This document shows, piece after piece, positions 1-10,123 of a stretch of 23,785 nt of DNA (position 1 is the stretch's first letter; each line of letters opens with the position of its first letter). A program made the position numbers and the translations under genes. The notes under the pieces were generated by a model. It worked only from the letters and a program-made list of their open reading frames with translations, did no database searches and was not told where the DNA came from. Source of the DNA: Gammaproteobacteria bacterium (lineage in GTDB: Bacteria > Pseudomonadota > Gammaproteobacteria > GCA-002705445 > GCA-002716945). The stretch covers positions 1 through 23,785 of the forward strand of contig JBJKYD010000002.1 of the NCBI GenBank assembly GCA_045561295.1. Reading direction: 5' to 3'.

Positions 1-80
1 ATATTGTTATTTTTAAATATTATTGAATACTGCAAGTTTCCTAATACCAATATACCAAGTACAAATAAAAGTTTTTTCAT
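1..80 (-). CDS. ftsB: Cell division protein FtsB, N-terminal part (runs off the window)
   Basis: Hand translation from ATG at 80: MKKLLFVLGILVLGNLQYSIIFKNNN. It has a hydrophobic TM segment followed by LQYS as in FtsB, and lies directly after eno (conserved eno-ftsB order). Not in the ORF track. Confidence 0.85.
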   Translation of the reverse strand, partial: MKKLLFVLGILVLGNLQYSIIFKNNN

Positions 81-1358
81 CTAGTTGAGATATTTATCCA
101 ATTTGTTATTTACTACATGTTCAACAATATTTTCCTCAATTCTAATTAACTGATTGTACTTTGCGACCCTATCAGATCTTGACATAGAGCCAGTTTTAAT
201 TAATCCAGATGATGTAGCAACTGCTAGATCTGCAATTGTAACATCCTCAGTTTCACCTGACCTGTGAGATATGATGTAATTATAATTATTATCTTTGGCC
301 AATTTTATGGCTTCCAATGTTTCTGTAATTGTACCTATTTGATTAAGTTTAATGAGTATAGAATTAGCTATATTCTTTTGAATCCCTTTATTAAAAATTT
401 TAGGATTAGTTACAAACAAGTCATCACCTACTAACTGCGTATTCGAGCCTAGTTCTTTAGTAAGCTTTTCCCAGCCTAGCCAATCATCCTCGGCAAGGCC
501 ATCCTCAATTGATATAATTGGATAATCATTCCTTAGTTTAACTAAGTAATTAATAAATTCATCACTAGTTAGCTTGAGATTTTCTGAGTCAAGAGAATAA
601 GAATCATTATCATAGAATTCGCTACTTGCAACATCCAAAGCAAGGTAGACGTCTTTCCCAGGATGGTATCCAGCTTTTGAGATAGAATCTAAAATTATAT
701 CAATTGCTTCTGAATTACTATTAAGATTTGGCGCAAACCCTCCTTCGTCACCAACAGAAGTAGGCATATTTAATTTATTTAAAGCATCTTTAAGTGTATG
801 AAATATTTCAGCACCGGCTCTTATAGATTCGGTAATTTTATCAAAACCTATAGGTAGTATCATAAATTCTTGAAAGTCTAATTTGTTATTCGCATGAGCA
901 CCACCATTGATAATATTCATCATTGGTATTGGTAGAGTATATGATGATTCTTCTGTAAGTGATTGATATAATGGGATATTTAGTTTATTTGCTTTAGCAT
1001 TTGCGAATGCAATACTTAATGCAAGTATGGCATTTGCCCCAAGCCTTTCCTTATTATGAGTACCATCAAAATCTATTAGGAAGTTATCAAATGATGATTG
1101 ATCATATTCCGTATCGAAATTTATTTTGCTAGAAATCACATTATTTATATTATCAATTGCATTATTCACGGATTTACCTAGATAAGTACTTGGATCATTA
1201 TCTCTAAGTTCTAAAGCTTCAAGTTTACCAGTTGATGCGCCAGATGGGACGGCGCCTCTACCTAATGTTCCGTCGTCGAGAACTATGTCAGCTTCACATG
1301 TAGGATTGCCACGCGAATCTATAATCTGTCTCCCTAATATCTTTTTTATCTTTAACAT
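81..1358 (-). CDS. eno: Enolase
   Basis: [48 protein letters not shown] and RVAKYNQL motifs; 425 aa. Confidence 0.99.
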   Translation of the reverse strand: MLKIKKILGRQIIDSRGNPTCEADIVLDDGTLGRGAVPSGASTGKLEALELRDNDPSTYLGKSVNNAIDNINNVISSKINFDTEYDQSSFDNFLIDFDGTHNKERLGANAILALSIAFANAKANKLNIPLYQSLTEESSYTLPIPMMNIINGGAHANNKLDFQEFMILPIGFDKITESIRAGAEIFHTLKDALNKLNMPTSVGDEGGFAPNLNSNSEAIDIILDSISKAGYHPGKDVYLALDVASSEFYDNDSYSLDSENLKLTSDEFINYLVKLRNDYPIISIEDGLAEDDWLGWEKLTKELGSNTQLVGDDLFVTNPKIFNKGIQKNIANSILIKLNQIGTITETLEAIKLAKDNNYNYIISHRSGETEDVTIADLAVATSSGLIKTGSMSRSDRVAKYNQLIRIEENIVEHVVNNKLDKYLN

Positions 1359-1366
1359 GTATCTTC

Positions 1367-2182
1367 TTAAACTCCCTTCCTTATGGTCTTATCTATATCG
1401 ATTATTTCTTTTAAAAGTTTTTCTAGATCATTGATATTCAATGAGTTATCTCCATCACTTATAGCTTTTGATGGGTTCGGGTGTGACTCAATAAATAACG
1501 CATCAATACCTATTGCTACCGCTGCCTTCGCTAAAGGAGAAATAAATTTACTATCTCCACTTGAGACTCCATTATTTGCGCCTGGCTTTTGAACAGAGTG
1601 AGAAGCGTCATATACAATAGGACAGCCATTCTCTTTCATGATGACTAAAGATCTCATATCTGAAACTAGATTATTATACCCGAACATATAACCTCTTTCA
1701 CATAAATATATATTTTTATTGCTCGTGGAATATGCTTTCTCTAAAACAGATTTCATTTCTTCAGGTGAAGTAAATTGGCCTTTCTTAATATTTACAGGTT
1801 TATTAGTGGAACAAACTTTTAATATAAAATCAGTCTGTCTACATAAGAATGCTGGAGTTTGCAAGACGTCTACTACATCAGCAACTTCATCAAAGGGAGT
1901 ATATTCGTGAACATCAGTTAGTACAGGGACATCTAAATCATTTTTTACTTTTTCGAGTATTTTTAATCCCATATCGATTCCAACACCTCTTTTTGAATTA
2001 ACGGACGAACGATTAGCCTTATCAAAAGATGATTTATATATAAAGTTAATACCAAGCTTATTAGTTATTGTTTTTAAAAATTCAGCTGTATCAAGTGCCA
2101 TTTTTTCAGATTCAATCGCGCATGGTCCAGAAATTAGGGTTAAATAGTCTTTCGATACCAGATTTATTTTATTTTGTTTCAT
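1367..2182 (-). CDS. kdsA: KDO 8-phosphate synthase
   Basis: [38 protein letters not shown] and DASHSVQ motifs; pyrG-kdsA-eno synteny. Confidence 0.98.
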   Translation of the reverse strand: MKQNKINLVSKDYLTLISGPCAIESEKMALDTAEFLKTITNKLGINFIYKSSFDKANRSSVNSKRGVGIDMGLKILEKVKNDLDVPVLTDVHEYTPFDEVADVVDVLQTPAFLCRQTDFILKVCSTNKPVNIKKGQFTSPEEMKSVLEKAYSTSNKNIYLCERGYMFGYNNLVSDMRSLVIMKENGCPIVYDASHSVQKPGANNGVSSGDSKFISPLAKAAVAIGIDALFIESHPNPSKAISDGDNSLNINDLEKLLKEIIDIDKTIRKGV

Positions 2183-3785
2183 ATGCAGTCTTTATAAAGC
2201 TATTAAATAAAGGGTGTCCTTTCAATGGAGATGAAGTAAATTCAGGATGAAACTGACTTGCTAGATACCAAGGATGATGTTTAATTTCCAGCATTTCCAT
2301 AAGATCTTTGTCTCCAGAGTAACCAGAGAATACCAGGTCTGTATCATTAAATGCATCTACAAATTTATTATTAACCTCATATCTATGCCGGTGTCTTTCA
2401 GAAATGGTATTTTTCTTATAAAGTGAATGAGCTAATGATTTTTTTACTAATGTGCATGATTGTGCTCCCAAACGCATGGTGCCACCCAATTGATGTATAG
2501 AACCTTGGAGCCTTCCTTTTTTATAATCATCCCATTCTGTAACAAGTGAAATAACGGGGAATGGTGTTTTCAAGTCAAATTCTGTACTATTTGCATTTTT
2601 GAGACCTAGAATATTTCTAGCAAATTCAATAACCGATATCTGCATACCAAGACATATTCCAAAGTAAGGTATATGATTTACTCGGGCAAAATTAGCAGTA
2701 AGTATTTTGCCTTCAACTCCACGGTTTCCAAACCCTCCTGGAACAACAATACCTTGGAGATTTTTTAGTCTTTTAATATTTCTTCTTGCAATATCTTCTG
2801 AGTCAATAAAATCTATTTCCAAAGAATTATTATTATAAACAGAAGCATGGAGCAGTGATTCGTTCAAAGATTTATATGAATCAGCAAGATCAACATATTT
2901 ACCAATCATGCCGATTTTAACTTTTCTGCTACATTTTTTTAGTTTATTCGTGAATGTAACCCATGGTTTGATAACTGATTTTTTATGAGGAACTTTAAGT
3001 TTTTTAAGAATATATTCATCGATATTTTGATTCTTATAATATATTGGAATTTCATAAATAGACTTAGCATCTTGTGCTGAAAAGACAGCTTTTTTGTCTA
3101 CATTAGTAAATAAAGATATTTTGTTTTTTATATTATCATCTATAGTATCTTTTGCTCTGCATAATAAAACATCAGGCTGAATACCAATAGACCTTAATTC
3201 TTTTACTGAATGCTGTGTTGGCTTAGTTTTAATCTCATTAGTAACATCTACTTTAGGTAAAAGAGTTAAATGTATAAATAATGTATGGCTCTCATTCATT
3301 TCCATATTAAGTTGTCTTATGGCTTCTAGAAAAGGTAATGACTCAATATCACCAACTGTTCCTCCAACTTCCACGAATGATATATCGGCTCCATTCGATC
3401 CTTTTTTTATAAGACGCTTAATTTCATCAGTAACATGAGGTATTACCTGAACAGTACTTCCTAAATATTTACCTTGTCTCTCTTTTTTAATTACGTTTGA
3501 ATAAACTCTACCTGCCGTAACATTTGAGTTCTGGCTCATTCTAATACCAACGAAACGCTCATAATGGCCTAAGTCTAAATCTGTTTCAGCTCCATCGTCT
3601 GTGACATATACTTCACCGTGCTGGAAGGGACTCATGGTGCCTGGATCTAGATTAATATAAGGATCCAATTTCTGAAGTGAAACCTTGTATCCTCTTAGTT
3701 TAAATAAAGAAGCAAGGGAGGCGGCTGCTATACCTTTTCCAAGGGATGATACAACACCACCTGTAATAAAAATATATCTAGCCAT
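2169..3785 (-). CDS. pyrG: CTP synthase
   Basis: GGVVSSLGKG, DPYINLDPGTMSPFQHGEV, GGTVGDIE and KTKPTQ; glutaminase motifs GICLGMQ and QFHPEF. Confidence 0.99.
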   Translation of the reverse strand: MARYIFITGGVVSSLGKGIAAASLASLFKLRGYKVSLQKLDPYINLDPGTMSPFQHGEVYVTDDGAETDLDLGHYERFVGIRMSQNSNVTAGRVYSNVIKKERQGKYLGSTVQVIPHVTDEIKRLIKKGSNGADISFVEVGGTVGDIESLPFLEAIRQLNMEMNESHTLFIHLTLLPKVDVTNEIKTKPTQHSVKELRSIGIQPDVLLCRAKDTIDDNIKNKISLFTNVDKKAVFSAQDAKSIYEIPIYYKNQNIDEYILKKLKVPHKKSVIKPWVTFTNKLKKCSRKVKIGMIGKYVDLADSYKSLNESLLHASVYNNNSLEIDFIDSEDIARRNIKRLKNLQGIVVPGGFGNRGVEGKILTANFARVNHIPYFGICLGMQISVIEFARNILGLKNANSTEFDLKTPFPVISLVTEWDDYKKGRLQGSIHQLGGTMRLGAQSCTLVKKSLAHSLYKKNTISERHRHRYEVNNKFVDAFNDTDLVFSGYSGDKDLMEMLEIKHHPWYLASQFHPEFTSSPLKGHPLFNSFIKTAYETK

Positions 3786-3797
3786 TCAGATTTATAA

Positions 3798-3803
3798 ATT
3801 ATA
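3798..3803 (-). promoter_or_regulatory. Candidate sigma70 -10 box (TATAAT) 12 nt upstream of the pyrG ATG
   Basis: Plus-strand ATTATA at 3798-3803 in the 44-bp tilS-pyrG gap; no clear -35. The AT-rich background lowers significance. Confidence 0.4.
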
Positions 3804-3829
3804 ATGTATTACTAACAAAAGATATATAT

Positions 3830-5110
3830 TTATCTTAATTCTGAGGATATAAACATCTCTTTATCGCTATAAGCTAATAATAGTTCGTTATGCGAATAAA
3901 GAAGAATAAATTTCTCTCTTTCCCATAGCGGTATAGATCTATTTTGAAAGATTTTCTTTAGATCTTGATGGTGAGTGTTGTTCAGCATAATTTTCTCATT
4001 ACCATTCACTTTCTTCAGGGTGATTGGTGCTTTTAATGATAAATTATCATATACACCCTCTTTTTTTAGCCTATTTAATTTAATTTGATAGTTTCCAAAA
4101 CTAATATCGCTACTCATGTCCCATACTTTGTTGCTAGTAGCTTTATTAATTTCATCTTTTACAATATACAAGTAATCATTATATCTAATAATCGATATTT
4201 TATTTTTGAGTATATATGTTGGGTAATCATTATTTCCCCCATTAATAATAGATAGCAAACTATGAATTTCATTTTTAGAAAGATTATAATTAACTTCCTT
4301 ATTAATCCAATATCTTAAAAAGGTACTATGTAGATAATCTGGATAACTTAGGAGTTTTTGTATTTCCAGCTCGTATTTATTAACAATAGACGTATAAAGC
4401 TTTTTACAATAATCACTAACAATAAGCGAATAATTATTTTGCAGTTCGATATTATGATTCATTACCTTATGAATATTTTTCCATCTCTTATTAATAGAAG
4501 GTACAACTTTACTACGAATATAATTACGATCGTATGATAAGTCATTATTAGAATCATCATTAATAAATTTCAATTTAAAATTTTTTGATAGTTCTATGAT
4601 AGTTTTTTTAGACACTTGCAAGAAGGGCCTACATAGGATCTTATTTTCTCTGACGGATATTTCTTTAATAGAAGAGAGTCCTCTGGGTGATGCTCCCCTA
4701 AAAAGTCTGTATAAAAATGTTTCAAATTGATCATCTTCATGATGAGCAAGAACTAAAACTTCATCTTTAGACATATCATTGAAAAAGATTTTATATCTTT
4801 TATTTCGATATTGTTCTTCAATGTTTTTTTGTAATAATAAATTAATGTTTTTTATAGTAAGATTAATACTATATTCATGACACATATCAGAACAATGCTT
4901 TTCCATTTCCTTTGCGTTAGATGAATAATTATGATTGATATGGATTGCTCTAAAATTAAAGCTTTCATCATTTTTAATTAATGTTGCTATTTTTAGCAGC
5001 AGCATTGAATCTACCCCGCCACTTACTGCTAAAAGGAAATTCGTTTTATTTGTCTTTTGAAGAGTTTTTTTGAAATTCTCCTTAAGAAGGCTAAGATTCA
5101 AATTGTCCAT
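3830..5110 (-). CDS. tilS: tRNA(Ile)-lysidine synthetase
   Basis: PP-loop AVSGGVDS, HINH, AHHEDDQFET, RPFL, DDSN...YDRNYIR and C-terminal IPLWER; accA-tilS synteny. Confidence 0.96.
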   Translation of the reverse strand: MDNLNLSLLKENFKKTLQKTNKTNFLLAVSGGVDSMLLLKIATLIKNDESFNFRAIHINHNYSSNAKEMEKHCSDMCHEYSINLTIKNINLLLQKNIEEQYRNKRYKIFFNDMSKDEVLVLAHHEDDQFETFLYRLFRGASPRGLSSIKEISVRENKILCRPFLQVSKKTIIELSKNFKLKFINDDSNNDLSYDRNYIRSKVVPSINKRWKNIHKVMNHNIELQNNYSLIVSDYCKKLYTSIVNKYELEIQKLLSYPDYLHSTFLRYWINKEVNYNLSKNEIHSLLSIINGGNNDYPTYILKNKISIIRYNDYLYIVKDEINKATSNKVWDMSSDISFGNYQIKLNRLKKEGVYDNLSLKAPITLKKVNGNEKIMLNNTHHQDLKKIFQNRSIPLWEREKFILLYSHNELLLAYSDKEMFISSELR

Positions 5111-6053
5111 ATGACATCAATTTAGTATTTCTATTTTTTAAAAGTTCAGCTTGGGAGGTTTCATTAACTTCATTTAGCATATCCAAAATATTAGACTTTA
5201 ATGAAGAATACATAGCATTGTAATTTCTGTGTGCAGCACCTAATGGTTCTGGGATAATTCTATCAATCAATTCATGATTAAGGAGTTTATCAGATGTAAT
5301 TGATAACGCTTCTGCAGCTATACTAGCTTTGGATGCATCTTTCCATAATATCGATGCACAACCTTCGGGGCTGATTACAGAGTAGATACTGTACTGAAGC
5401 ATCGCAAGCCTATCTGAAACTCCAATTGCTAGAGCTCCACCTGAGCCTCCCTCCCCGATTACCACAGAGATAATTGGACATTTTAGTTTTGACATTTCGT
5501 ATAAATTATCTGCAATTGCTATACTTTGATTTCTAGATTCAGCGTCAATGCCTGGGTAAGCACCTGGTGTATCTATAAATGTTAGAATTGGTATATTAAA
5601 TTTTTCTGCTAATTTCATTGCTCTCAGTGCTTTTCGATAACCCTCAGGTTTAGGCATTCCAAAGTTTCTAAAAACCTTTTCTTTTGAATCTCTTCCTTTT
5701 TGATGTCCAATTAACATAAATGGCTTATCATCAAGCTTTGCAAAGCCACATATTATAGCTTTGTCATCTCCAAACATTCTGTCACCATGTATTTCAGTAA
5801 AACTAGAAAACATATTTTCTATATAATCCAGAGTATATGGTCTTAATGGATGTCGAGCAATTTGAGAGATTTGCCAATCAGATAAAGAAGAAAATATTTT
5901 AGAAATATTTTTATCTAAATCCATTTTAAGATTATCAATTTTTTTTAAATCTTTTTGAGATGCGCTTGCACTAGTTTTAATGGCTGTTATTTTATTCTCA
6001 ATATCAAGCAATGGTTGCTCGAAATCTAGATAGTTAGGATTATATTCTGACAT
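5091..6053 (-). CDS. accA: Acetyl-CoA carboxylase carboxyltransferase alpha subunit
   Basis: YLDFEQP, ARHPLRP, GHQKGR, FGMPKPEGYRKA, DTPGAYPG, GEGGSGGALA and YSVISPEGCASILW. ATG at 6053 preferred over the TTG at 6056 used by the ORF track. Confidence 0.98.
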   Translation of the reverse strand: MSEYNPNYLDFEQPLLDIENKITAIKTSASASQKDLKKIDNLKMDLDKNISKIFSSLSDWQISQIARHPLRPYTLDYIENMFSSFTEIHGDRMFGDDKAIICGFAKLDDKPFMLIGHQKGRDSKEKVFRNFGMPKPEGYRKALRAMKLAEKFNIPILTFIDTPGAYPGIDAESRNQSIAIADNLYEMSKLKCPIISVVIGEGGSGGALAIGVSDRLAMLQYSIYSVISPEGCASILWKDASKASIAAEALSITSDKLLNHELIDRIIPEPLGAAHRNYNAMYSSLKSNILDMLNEVNETSQAELLKNRNTKLMSYGQFES

Positions 6054-6059
6054 CAATAT

Positions 6060-6065
6060 ATTATA
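6060..6065 (-). promoter_or_regulatory. Candidate -10 box TATAAT 6 nt before the accA ATG (leaderless geometry)
   Basis: Minus strand reads TATAAT-ATATTG-ATG; no SD in the 31-bp dnaE-accA gap. Confidence 0.45.
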
Positions 6066-6084
6066 TGAAAATTACACAAAAATA

Positions 6085-9000
6085 CTATTGGTATTTAATG
6101 CTGACACTATCATCACCAGTGATTGATTTTATGTCAGATATTAAACTATCAGTAATCTTTACGTAAATTTCTTTATCTGAATTAATAGGAGCGATAAAAT
6201 CTCTTGTTTTGTATGAAAGCATGACTCTAGTCTTTCCAGAATCATACTTATCAATAATATTTTTTATATCATGTATTTTTTCTTTTGAGATTAGTTCAGA
6301 TGATAGAACTATACTAAGATGTTTAGAATATTTTTCTCGTGCTTCAATGAGAGTATAAAGCTTTTCAGCTCTCATACTTAATTGAGAATCATAATCATCG
6401 ATATATATTTCACCACTAAAAAAAAGTATACGGTCTTCTTGAAGTGAATCCTTGTATTTAAGATATTTATCTTCATAGAATGAAATATTTATTTGTTGAG
6501 AACCATCGTCTACTTTATAGATGGTTATAAATTTATTTTTGGAAATCTTCTGTGATCTTGAATCGATTATAACACCAGATATTATCGAATTAAATTTAGA
6601 ATTTGATGAATTCAATATTGCATTATTAATTTCCATGAGAGATTTGAGTTTCATTTCAGAAAGCTCTTTTTTATATATATTTATTGGATGATTCGATAAG
6701 TAACATCCCAATACCTTACGCTCTTTGATTAATTCTTCATTTGTTGGTTTGTATGATCTTCCCATATCAAAAGGTTTATCTAGAGAAACAATATCAGGAT
6801 TTTCTGAAAATAGTTCGCTTTGTCCCGAAGCTTTATCAATCTGTTTTTTATGTCCTTGAGATATATAATTATTAAGAGATTTAAGATTTTCTAATCTTGT
6901 TTTTTTGCTAATATTATCAAAACATCCTGAGCATACTAAAGATTCAATTGTTCCTGAATTTACTATTGTTAAGTTAACTTTTGAGCAGAAATCTTCAATA
7001 CAATTAAACTTACCTTTATTAATTCTAATCTCTTCTATATGATGTGCTGCTGTTTCTCCTACACCTTTTATAGCTCCAAATCCATAATTTATAACACCCT
7101 CCTCTAATGGCAAGAACTTGTAATTAGAATTATTAATCTCTGGGAGGTTTACTTTTACATTCATTTGCTTACAAGCAGCAAGTAAGTTGATAATCTTACT
7201 AGTGTTATCCATATCAGAGGATAATGCTGCTGAAAAAAATTCAGTTGTGTAGTATGCCTTTAGGTATGCTGTCTGATAAGATAGCATTGCATATGCAACA
7301 GAATGAGATTTATTAAAGCCATAACCAGCAAACTTTTCCATTTTGTCAAAAATAGATTTTGAAATTGTCTGGTTTATGTTGTTTTCTTTGCAACCAGATG
7401 CAAATCTAGATCTATGAGTCTCCATCTCTTTCTGCTTTTTCTTTCCCATAGCTCTTCTTAGTAAATCCGCATCACCTAAAGAATAGTTTCCGAGTGATCT
7501 TGCTATCTCCATTACTTGTTCTTGATAAAGAATTAATCCATTGGTCTCAGAAAGAATGCTCTCTAAAAGGGGATGTTCATATTTAATATCTTGGCCATGT
7601 TTATTAGCAATAAAATCATCAACCATGTTCGTGCCTAAGGGTCCTGGTCTGTAAAGGGCAACAAGAGCAACTATATCTTCAAACTTATCTGGCTTAAGTT
7701 GAGCCATATATTTTTTCATACCTAACGATTCTAATTGGAATATTCCTGTGGTCATTTTTTTTTGTAAGAGATTAAATACCTTAATATCATCAAGTGGTAT
7801 TAAATTTAAATCAAATTTTTTATTTTTATTTATTATTAATTTTATTGCTTCATCAATAATAGTTAATGTTGTTAGGCCTAGAATATCAAATTTGACTAAG
7901 CCAATTGATTCAATATCATCTTTGTCAAACTGAGTGATAAGTTCATCTTTATCTTCAAGAGAATATACAGGCATAAAATCTGTAATATTTGAGGGAGATA
8001 TAACAATACCAGCCGCGTGAGTGCCCACACCTCTGGGTAGACCTTCAATTTTCTTAGCAAGATCAATTATAGTTCTTACATCCTCTTTGGTTTTGTACTC
8101 TTTTGCTAGTTCTTTACTTGCCTTTAAAGCTTCATCAATCTTAATACCAAGAGAAAAAGGAACTAGCTTAGCAATATAATCAACAAAGCCATATGAGAAA
8201 TCAAGAACTCGTCCAACATCTCTAATTACTGCTCTTGCTGACAATGTACTGTAGGTGATAATTTGAGATACCTTGTCTTGACCATATGTCGATATAATGT
8301 GATCTATTACTTTTTGCCTTTTATTCATACAAAAATCAATATCAAAATCTGGCATAGATATACGTTCAGGATTTAAGAATCTTTCAAAGAGAAGATTATA
8401 TTTAATAGGATCAATATTTGTAATTCCTAAAACAAAGGCTACTAATGAGCCTGCCCCTGATCCTCTTCCGGGTCCAACAGGAACATCATTGTTCTTTGCC
8501 CATAAAATAAATTCTTGAACAATTAAGAAATAACTTGCAAATCCCATTGATTGAATAACATCAATTTCTCTAATAAGCCTTTTTTTATATACTTCTTCAT
8601 CTAAATTTTTGGTTACCAAATATTCATTTAAACCATCTATACATAAATCATTGAAATATGTAACATCATCCTTTTCTGATGGATTAGAGAACTTAGGTAA
8701 ATGATATTTAAAAGCAGGAAGTTTAGTGTTACACATTTTGACAATTTCAGATATATTTTGAATTGATGTCGGATAGTTAGGAAATAAAGAAATCATTTCT
8801 TGTTCTGTTTTAAAAAACTGATTTGGAGAATAATCGTTTTGATTGATTCTATCATCAAGTTTAGTTTTTTGATTAATTGCTACTTTAACTTCATTAGCTT
8901 CGTAGTCAGAATCAGAAATAAATAAAACATCATTAGTTGCAACTACTGGAAGATTTAATTTTGACGCAATTAATAAAGATTTATTAATATATAAATCTTC

Positions 9001-9516
9001 ATTTTGACGTTCTGTCTTGTCAATCTCAACGTAAAACTTATCCAAAAATAATTGTGATATATCTTTTATGATATCTTCTGAATCTGATACTGACTTTGTT
9101 AATGAATTAAGACCACAGATGCCATTTCTACCTCCTGATAGGCAGATTAAATTAGATTTATAATTATCTAAAAGATCAATATTAGCTCCAAGGGAACTTG
9201 ACCTTGATGTATGTATAAAAGAAAGTATCTTATTAAGATTATAATATCCGTCGATATTCATACAAAGTAAAACTATGTTACCTATTGGCATATTATTTTT
9301 ATATATAATGGGAATTTCACAGCCAAGAATAGGTTTTATTTTTGCTTCTATACATTTATTGTAAAACTTGACCGCGCCAAATATATTCAAATGATCTGTA
9401 AGTGCTAAAGATTTTAATTTATTTTTCTTTGCAATATTTATCAGATCATCAATTCTAATTGTTCCACTACTTAAGGAGTAACATGTATGTAAATGTAAGT
9501 GTGTAAAATTACTCAT
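6085..9516 (-). CDS. dnaE: DNA polymerase III alpha subunit
   Basis: PHP N-terminus (HLHLH, ALTDH), GPGRGSGAGS, catalytic PDFDIDF and KFDILGL, LYRPGP, YGFNKSH; 1143 aa with no intein-sized insert. Confidence 0.99.
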   Translation of the reverse strand: MSNFTHLHLHTCYSLSSGTIRIDDLINIAKKNKLKSLALTDHLNIFGAVKFYNKCIEAKIKPILGCEIPIIYKNNMPIGNIVLLCMNIDGYYNLNKILSFIHTSRSSSLGANIDLLDNYKSNLICLSGGRNGICGLNSLTKSVSDSEDIIKDISQLFLDKFYVEIDKTERQNEDLYINKSLLIASKLNLPVVATNDVLFISDSDYEANEVKVAINQKTKLDDRINQNDYSPNQFFKTEQEMISLFPNYPTSIQNISEIVKMCNTKLPAFKYHLPKFSNPSEKDDVTYFNDLCIDGLNEYLVTKNLDEEVYKKRLIREIDVIQSMGFASYFLIVQEFILWAKNNDVPVGPGRGSGAGSLVAFVLGITNIDPIKYNLLFERFLNPERISMPDFDIDFCMNKRQKVIDHIISTYGQDKVSQIITYSTLSARAVIRDVGRVLDFSYGFVDYIAKLVPFSLGIKIDEALKASKELAKEYKTKEDVRTIIDLAKKIEGLPRGVGTHAAGIVISPSNITDFMPVYSLEDKDELITQFDKDDIESIGLVKFDILGLTTLTIIDEAIKLIINKNKKFDLNLIPLDDIKVFNLLQKKMTTGIFQLESLGMKKYMAQLKPDKFEDIVALVALYRPGPLGTNMVDDFIANKHGQDIKYEHPLLESILSETNGLILYQEQVMEIARSLGNYSLGDADLLRRAMGKKKQKEMETHRSRFASGCKENNINQTISKSIFDKMEKFAGYGFNKSHSVAYAMLSYQTAYLKAYYTTEFFSAALSSDMDNTSKIINLLAACKQMNVKVNLPEINNSNYKFLPLEEGVINYGFGAIKGVGETAAHHIEEIRINKGKFNCIEDFCSKVNLTIVNSGTIESLVCSGCFDNISKKTRLENLKSLNNYISQGHKKQIDKASGQSELFSENPDIVSLDKPFDMGRSYKPTNEELIKERKVLGCYLSNHPINIYKKELSEMKLKSLMEINNAILNSSNSKFNSIISGVIIDSRSQKISKNKFITIYKVDDGSQQINISFYEDKYLKYKDSLQEDRILFFSGEIYIDDYDSQLSMRAEKLYTLIEAREKYSKHLSIVLSSELISKEKIHDIKNIIDKYDSGKTRVMLSYKTRDFIAPINSDKEIYVKITDSLISDIKSITGDDSVSIKYQ

Positions 9517-10073
9517 TATAATTTGAGAAATGACTCACGATGATGAATTGTTTTTCCAAAAAATGATATTGCTTCTAAATGACGAGGCGTACCATAACCC
9601 TTATTCTTAATAAAGTCATAGATTGAAAATATCTTATTTAGATGGGTCATTTCATTATCTCTTGCTACTTTCGCTATAATTGATGCAGCTGATATTTCTC
9701 TTATCTTGCTGTCACCTCTTACTATAGCATGAGATTCTATGTTTAAGTCAGGAACATAGAGACCATCAAAATATACTTTATCAGGTGTTATACTAAGATT
9801 TTCTACAGCTCTTTTCATGGACAGAAGCGACGCATGATGAATATTTATATCATCTATCTCATCCTTTGTTGCCACCCCAATCGAAACGCTTAGTGAATTA
9901 GTAATAATAATATTAGATAATTTTATCCTATTTTTTTTAGTAAGTTTTTTTGAATCTACTAGGTTTTCAATATAAATCGATGGTTCAAAGATAACTGCAG
10001 CAGAAAAGACAGAGCCTACTAAACTACCTCTGCCAACCTCATCTACTCCTGCTATTATTTTTCTTGATTTCAC
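9516..10073 (-). CDS. rnhB: Ribonuclease HII
   Basis: GVDEVGRG, DSKKL, GDSK..ISAASIIAKVARD, NKGYGT and HRESF. GTG at 10073 is a more plausible start than the TTG at 10103; TAATG overlap with dnaE. Confidence 0.96.
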   Translation of the reverse strand: MKSRKIIAGVDEVGRGSLVGSVFSAAVIFEPSIYIENLVDSKKLTKKNRIKLSNIIITNSLSVSIGVATKDEIDDINIHHASLLSMKRAVENLSITPDKVYFDGLYVPDLNIESHAIVRGDSKIREISAASIIAKVARDNEMTHLNKIFSIYDFIKNKGYGTPRHLEAISFFGKTIHHRESFLKL

Positions 10074-10099
10074 TATAATGGTATATAATAACCATTCTA
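10074..10099. repeat. Imperfect inverted repeat TATAATGGT-N8-ACCATTCTA
   Basis: Arms 10074-10082 and 10091-10099 pair at 8 of 9 positions. Confidence 0.5.
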
Positions 10100-10123
10100 C
10101 CAACCAAGATGTATAATTAACAT
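10074..10123. promoter_or_regulatory. Divergent promoter region between rnhB and gnnA
   Basis: Minus strand has an extended -10 TGgTAGAAT at 10102-10094. Plus strand has TATAAT at 10074, 10084 and 10112, the last 6 nt before the ATG at 10124. Divergent genes require promoters here. Confidence 0.6.

Noticed and set aside
1383-2250. Short plus-strand ORFs (1383-1592, 1719-1910, 2068-2250)
   Set aside because: Antisense shadows of kdsA/pyrG with no motifs or ribosome-binding sites.
6085-9516. Possible intein, split or unusual PHP domain in dnaE
   Set aside because: Normal length and continuous motifs; degenerate PHP metal ligands (YSLSSG) are common in proteobacterial DnaE.
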